A stretch of DNA of 64,000 nucleotides. Source: Anaeromyxobacter sp. (GTDB taxonomy: Bacteria > Myxococcota > Myxococcia > Myxococcales > Anaeromyxobacteraceae). Location of the stretch: positions 160,001-224,000 of the forward strand of contig JASGJN010000007.1 in NCBI GenBank assembly GCA_049840735.1, written 5' to 3'. The position numbers and the translations under genes were made by a program. Positions 61,797-64,000 of the stretch are shown here, in pieces (within the stretch, counting starts at the first letter, position 1; each line of letters opens with the position of its first letter). The notes under the pieces were generated by a model, which was not told the DNA's origin, did no database searches, and worked only from the letters and a program-made list of their open reading frames with translations.

Positions 61797-63209
61797 ATGG
61801 CCCGGAAAGGAGGGGCCGCGACGCGCCCCGAGCCGACAAGTCCCGCCGCCCGGCCGTGGTCGGAGCGGCTGACCCCCCTCGACGCCATGTTCCTCGACCT
61901 CGAGGACGCGAGCGTCAACATGCACGTGGGCGGCCTGATGGTCCTCGAGGGCGAGCCGCCGCCGCTCGACGCCCTGCGGCTGCACCTCTGGGCGCGGCTC
62001 GACCGCGTCCCGCGCTACCGGCAGGTGCTGGCCACCGTCCCGCTCCACCTCGGGCGGCCGGCCTGGGTGGACGCGCCCGCCATCGACCTCGCCCACCACG
62101 TCCGGGCGCACACGCTGCCCGCGGAGGGCGAGGCGGCGCTGGCGGCGCGCGCGGGCGCGTTCCTGGCCGAGCCGCTCGACCGGGCGCGGCCGCTCTGGGG
62201 GCTGGAGCTGGTCTCCGGGCTGGGCGGCGGGCGCTTCGCGCTGCTCTCGCGCACGCACCACTGCGTGCTGGACGGCGTCGCCGGCGTCGGGTTCCTGCAG
62301 GCGATCACCGACCCGTCCCCGGAGGCGGCCGCCTCCGCGCCCGCGCCCTGGCAGCCGCGCCCGGCGCCGGGCGCGGCGGCCCGGCTGGCCTCGGGGCTGG
62401 CCTGGACCGTCCAGCGCCCCATCCAGCTCTGCCGGCAGGCGCTCACGCCCGGCACCGACGGCCGCCGCATCGCGCAGGACCTGTGGGCCGGCGTCCGCCC
62501 GCTGCTGGCGCTGGCGGTGGGCTGGCCGGCGCCGCGCACGGCGCTGGACGGGCGGGTGGGGCCGGGGCGCAGCTGGGCCGGCGCCGCGCTGCCGCTGCCG
62601 CGCTGCCAGGCGGTGCGGGCCGCCCGCGGCGGGACCCTCAACGACGTGCTGCTCGCGGTGGTGGCCGGCGCGCTGCGGGCCGTGCTCGGGCAGGGCGGCC
62701 CGCCGCCGGCGGAGCTGCGGGCCTTCGTGCCGGTGAGCGTGCGCCGGCCGGAGGCGCGCGCTGCGCCGGGGAACCAGGTGGCCCTGGTCTTCTGCCGCCT
62801 GCCGGTGGGCGAGCCGGACCCGGCCGCGCGGCTCTGCGCCATCGCCGCCGAGACGCGGCGGCTCAAGGAGACCCGGAGCGTGGCGGGGATCCTGGCCTTC
62901 GAGGACCTGGGGGAGCTGGCGCCGGCGCCGCTCGCGGCCCAGGCGGCCCGGGCGGCCGTGGCCATGCACCACTTCAACCTGGTGGTCTCCAACGTCCCCG
63001 GGCCGCGCGAGGTGCGCTGGCTCCTGGGGCGCAGGCTCCTGGCCTGCCACCCGGCCATCCCGCTGGCGCGCGGCCAGCGCCTCGCCGTCGGCGCCATGAG
63101 CTACGGCGGCGCGCTCGCCGTCGGCGTGCAGGGCGGTTCGGAGCAGGGCGCCCTGGTGCAGGCGCTGGCGGCGGCGCTCCTGCCGGCGCTGCAGGAGCTG
63201 GAGGCGTGA
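61797..63209 (+). CDS. Wax ester synthase / diacylglycerol acyltransferase (WS/DGAT)
   Basis: LTPLDAMFL, MHVGG, RPLW, HHCVLDG (HHxxxDG), TLNDV, VPVSVR, NLVVSNVPGP. Confidence 0.9.
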   Translation: MARKGGAATRPEPTSPAARPWSERLTPLDAMFLDLEDASVNMHVGGLMVLEGEPPPLDALRLHLWARLDRVPRYRQVLATVPLHLGRPAWVDAPAIDLAHHVRAHTLPAEGEAALAARAGAFLAEPLDRARPLWGLELVSGLGGGRFALLSRTHHCVLDGVAGVGFLQAITDPSPEAAASAPAPWQPRPAPGAAARLASGLAWTVQRPIQLCRQALTPGTDGRRIAQDLWAGVRPLLALAVGWPAPRTALDGRVGPGRSWAGAALPLPRCQAVRAARGGTLNDVLLAVVAGALRAVLGQGGPPPAELRAFVPVSVRRPEARAAPGNQVALVFCRLPVGEPDPAARLCAIAAETRRLKETRSVAGILAFEDLGELAPAPLAAQAARAAVAMHHFNLVVSNVPGPREVRWLLGRRLLACHPAIPLARGQRLAVGAMSYGGALAVGVQGGSEQGALVQALAAALLPALQELEA

Positions 63210-64000
63210 CCGGCGCGCGCCGCTACGTCGACCTGGGCGGCCCGGTCCACTACGCCGACCACGGCGGCGCCGGCCGGCCCATCGTGCTGGTCCACGGCCT
63301 GGGGGGCTCGCTCGACAACTGGGCGGCGGTGGCCCCGGCGCTGCGGGCGCACGGCCGCGTCCTGGCGCTCGATCTGGCCGGGCACGGCCGGACGCCCTCG
63401 CACGGGCGGACGGCGCGGATGGGCGCCAACCGGCGGCTCCTGTCGCGCTTCCTGCGCGAGGTGGCCGGGGCTCCCGCCGTGCTGGTGGGCAACTCCATGG
63501 GCGGCACCCTGTCCCTGGTCGAGGCGGCGGCGGAGCCGGAGCGCGTGGCCGGGCTGGTGCTGGTGAACGCGGCGCTGCCGCTGGCAGGCCTGGCCCGCGT
63601 GGACCGGACGGTGGCCCTGCTCTTCACCGCCTTCGCGCTCCCGGCGGTGGGCGAGGCGCTGCTGCGGCTGCGCGCCCTGCGCGGGCCGGAGCGGTCGGTG
63701 CACGACCTGCTCCGCCTGTGCGGGATCGAGCCGCACGGCCTCCCGCGCGAGGTGCTGGACGCGCACGTGGCGCTCGCGGCCGAGCGCGCGGCGCTGGGGA
63801 GGCGCGCCCACCGCGACTTCCTCGCCGCGCAGCGCTCGCTCATGAACCGGCTGCTGCGGCGGGGCCGGTTCTTCCGCATGGTGGCCACCGTCCGCGCTCC
63901 GGTGCTGGTGCTGCAGGGCGAGCGCGACCGGCTGGTGAGCGTGGCCGCGGCGCGGGCGCTGGCCGCGGCGCGTCCGGACTGGCCGCTGCGGATCCTGCCC
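63206..64000 (+). CDS. Alpha/beta hydrolase, runs off the window end
   Basis: GTG overlaps the WS/DGAT stop; LVHGLGGS, DLAGHG, GNSMGG, LQGERD. Not in the supplied ORF track. Confidence 0.88.
   Translation, partial: MTGARRYVDLGGPVHYADHGGAGRPIVLVHGLGGSLDNWAAVAPALRAHGRVLALDLAGHGRTPSHGRTARMGANRRLLSRFLREVAGAPAVLVGNSMGGTLSLVEAAAEPERVAGLVLVNAALPLAGLARVDRTVALLFTAFALPAVGEALLRLRALRGPERSVHDLLRLCGIEPHGLPREVLDAHVALAAERAALGRRAHRDFLAAQRSLMNRLLRRGRFFRMVATVRAPVLVLQGERDRLVSVAAARALAAARPDWPLRILP

Overview
Very GC-rich bacterial chromosomal window. Gene content (PilZ, HDOD, ChaN, DUF3108, serine palmitoyltransferase, single-chain acyl-CoA carboxylase) suggests Myxococcota, probably Anaeromyxobacter-like; this is an inference. 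It holds about 50 CDSs, and no rRNA, tRNA or CRISPR was recognised. Main blocks: (1) 1-18.4 kb mixed metabolic, envelope and signalling genes, including a 1750-aa single-chain carboxylase whose biotin-carboxylase domain looks catalytically dead; (2) an ~25 kb Wzx/Wzy capsule/EPS locus (18.4-43.2 kb) with wza-wzb-wzc, PglF/PglE/PglC-like genes, three GNAT/FemAB-like genes, three GT4s, two paralogous pectate-lyase-like genes and an unknown lipoprotein; (3) gloA, dksA/traR-like and fba; (4) a ~2 kb island (45.4-47.5 kb) in which a DUF222-like/HNH nuclease gene has a 40-41 bp tandem repeat array upstream and one further copy of the repeat inside its own 3' end, the best candidate for an undescribed system; (5) DrrAB-like ABC transporter, hppA, osmC, ZIP, hybrid kinase, spt, dcp, WS/DGAT and a hydrolase. 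About 16 reading-frame breaks occur. Eight are an exact GATC to GAATC/GATTC insertion, pointing to sequencing error at modified GATC sites rather than true pseudogenes. All family calls come from motif recognition by eye; no searches were run.
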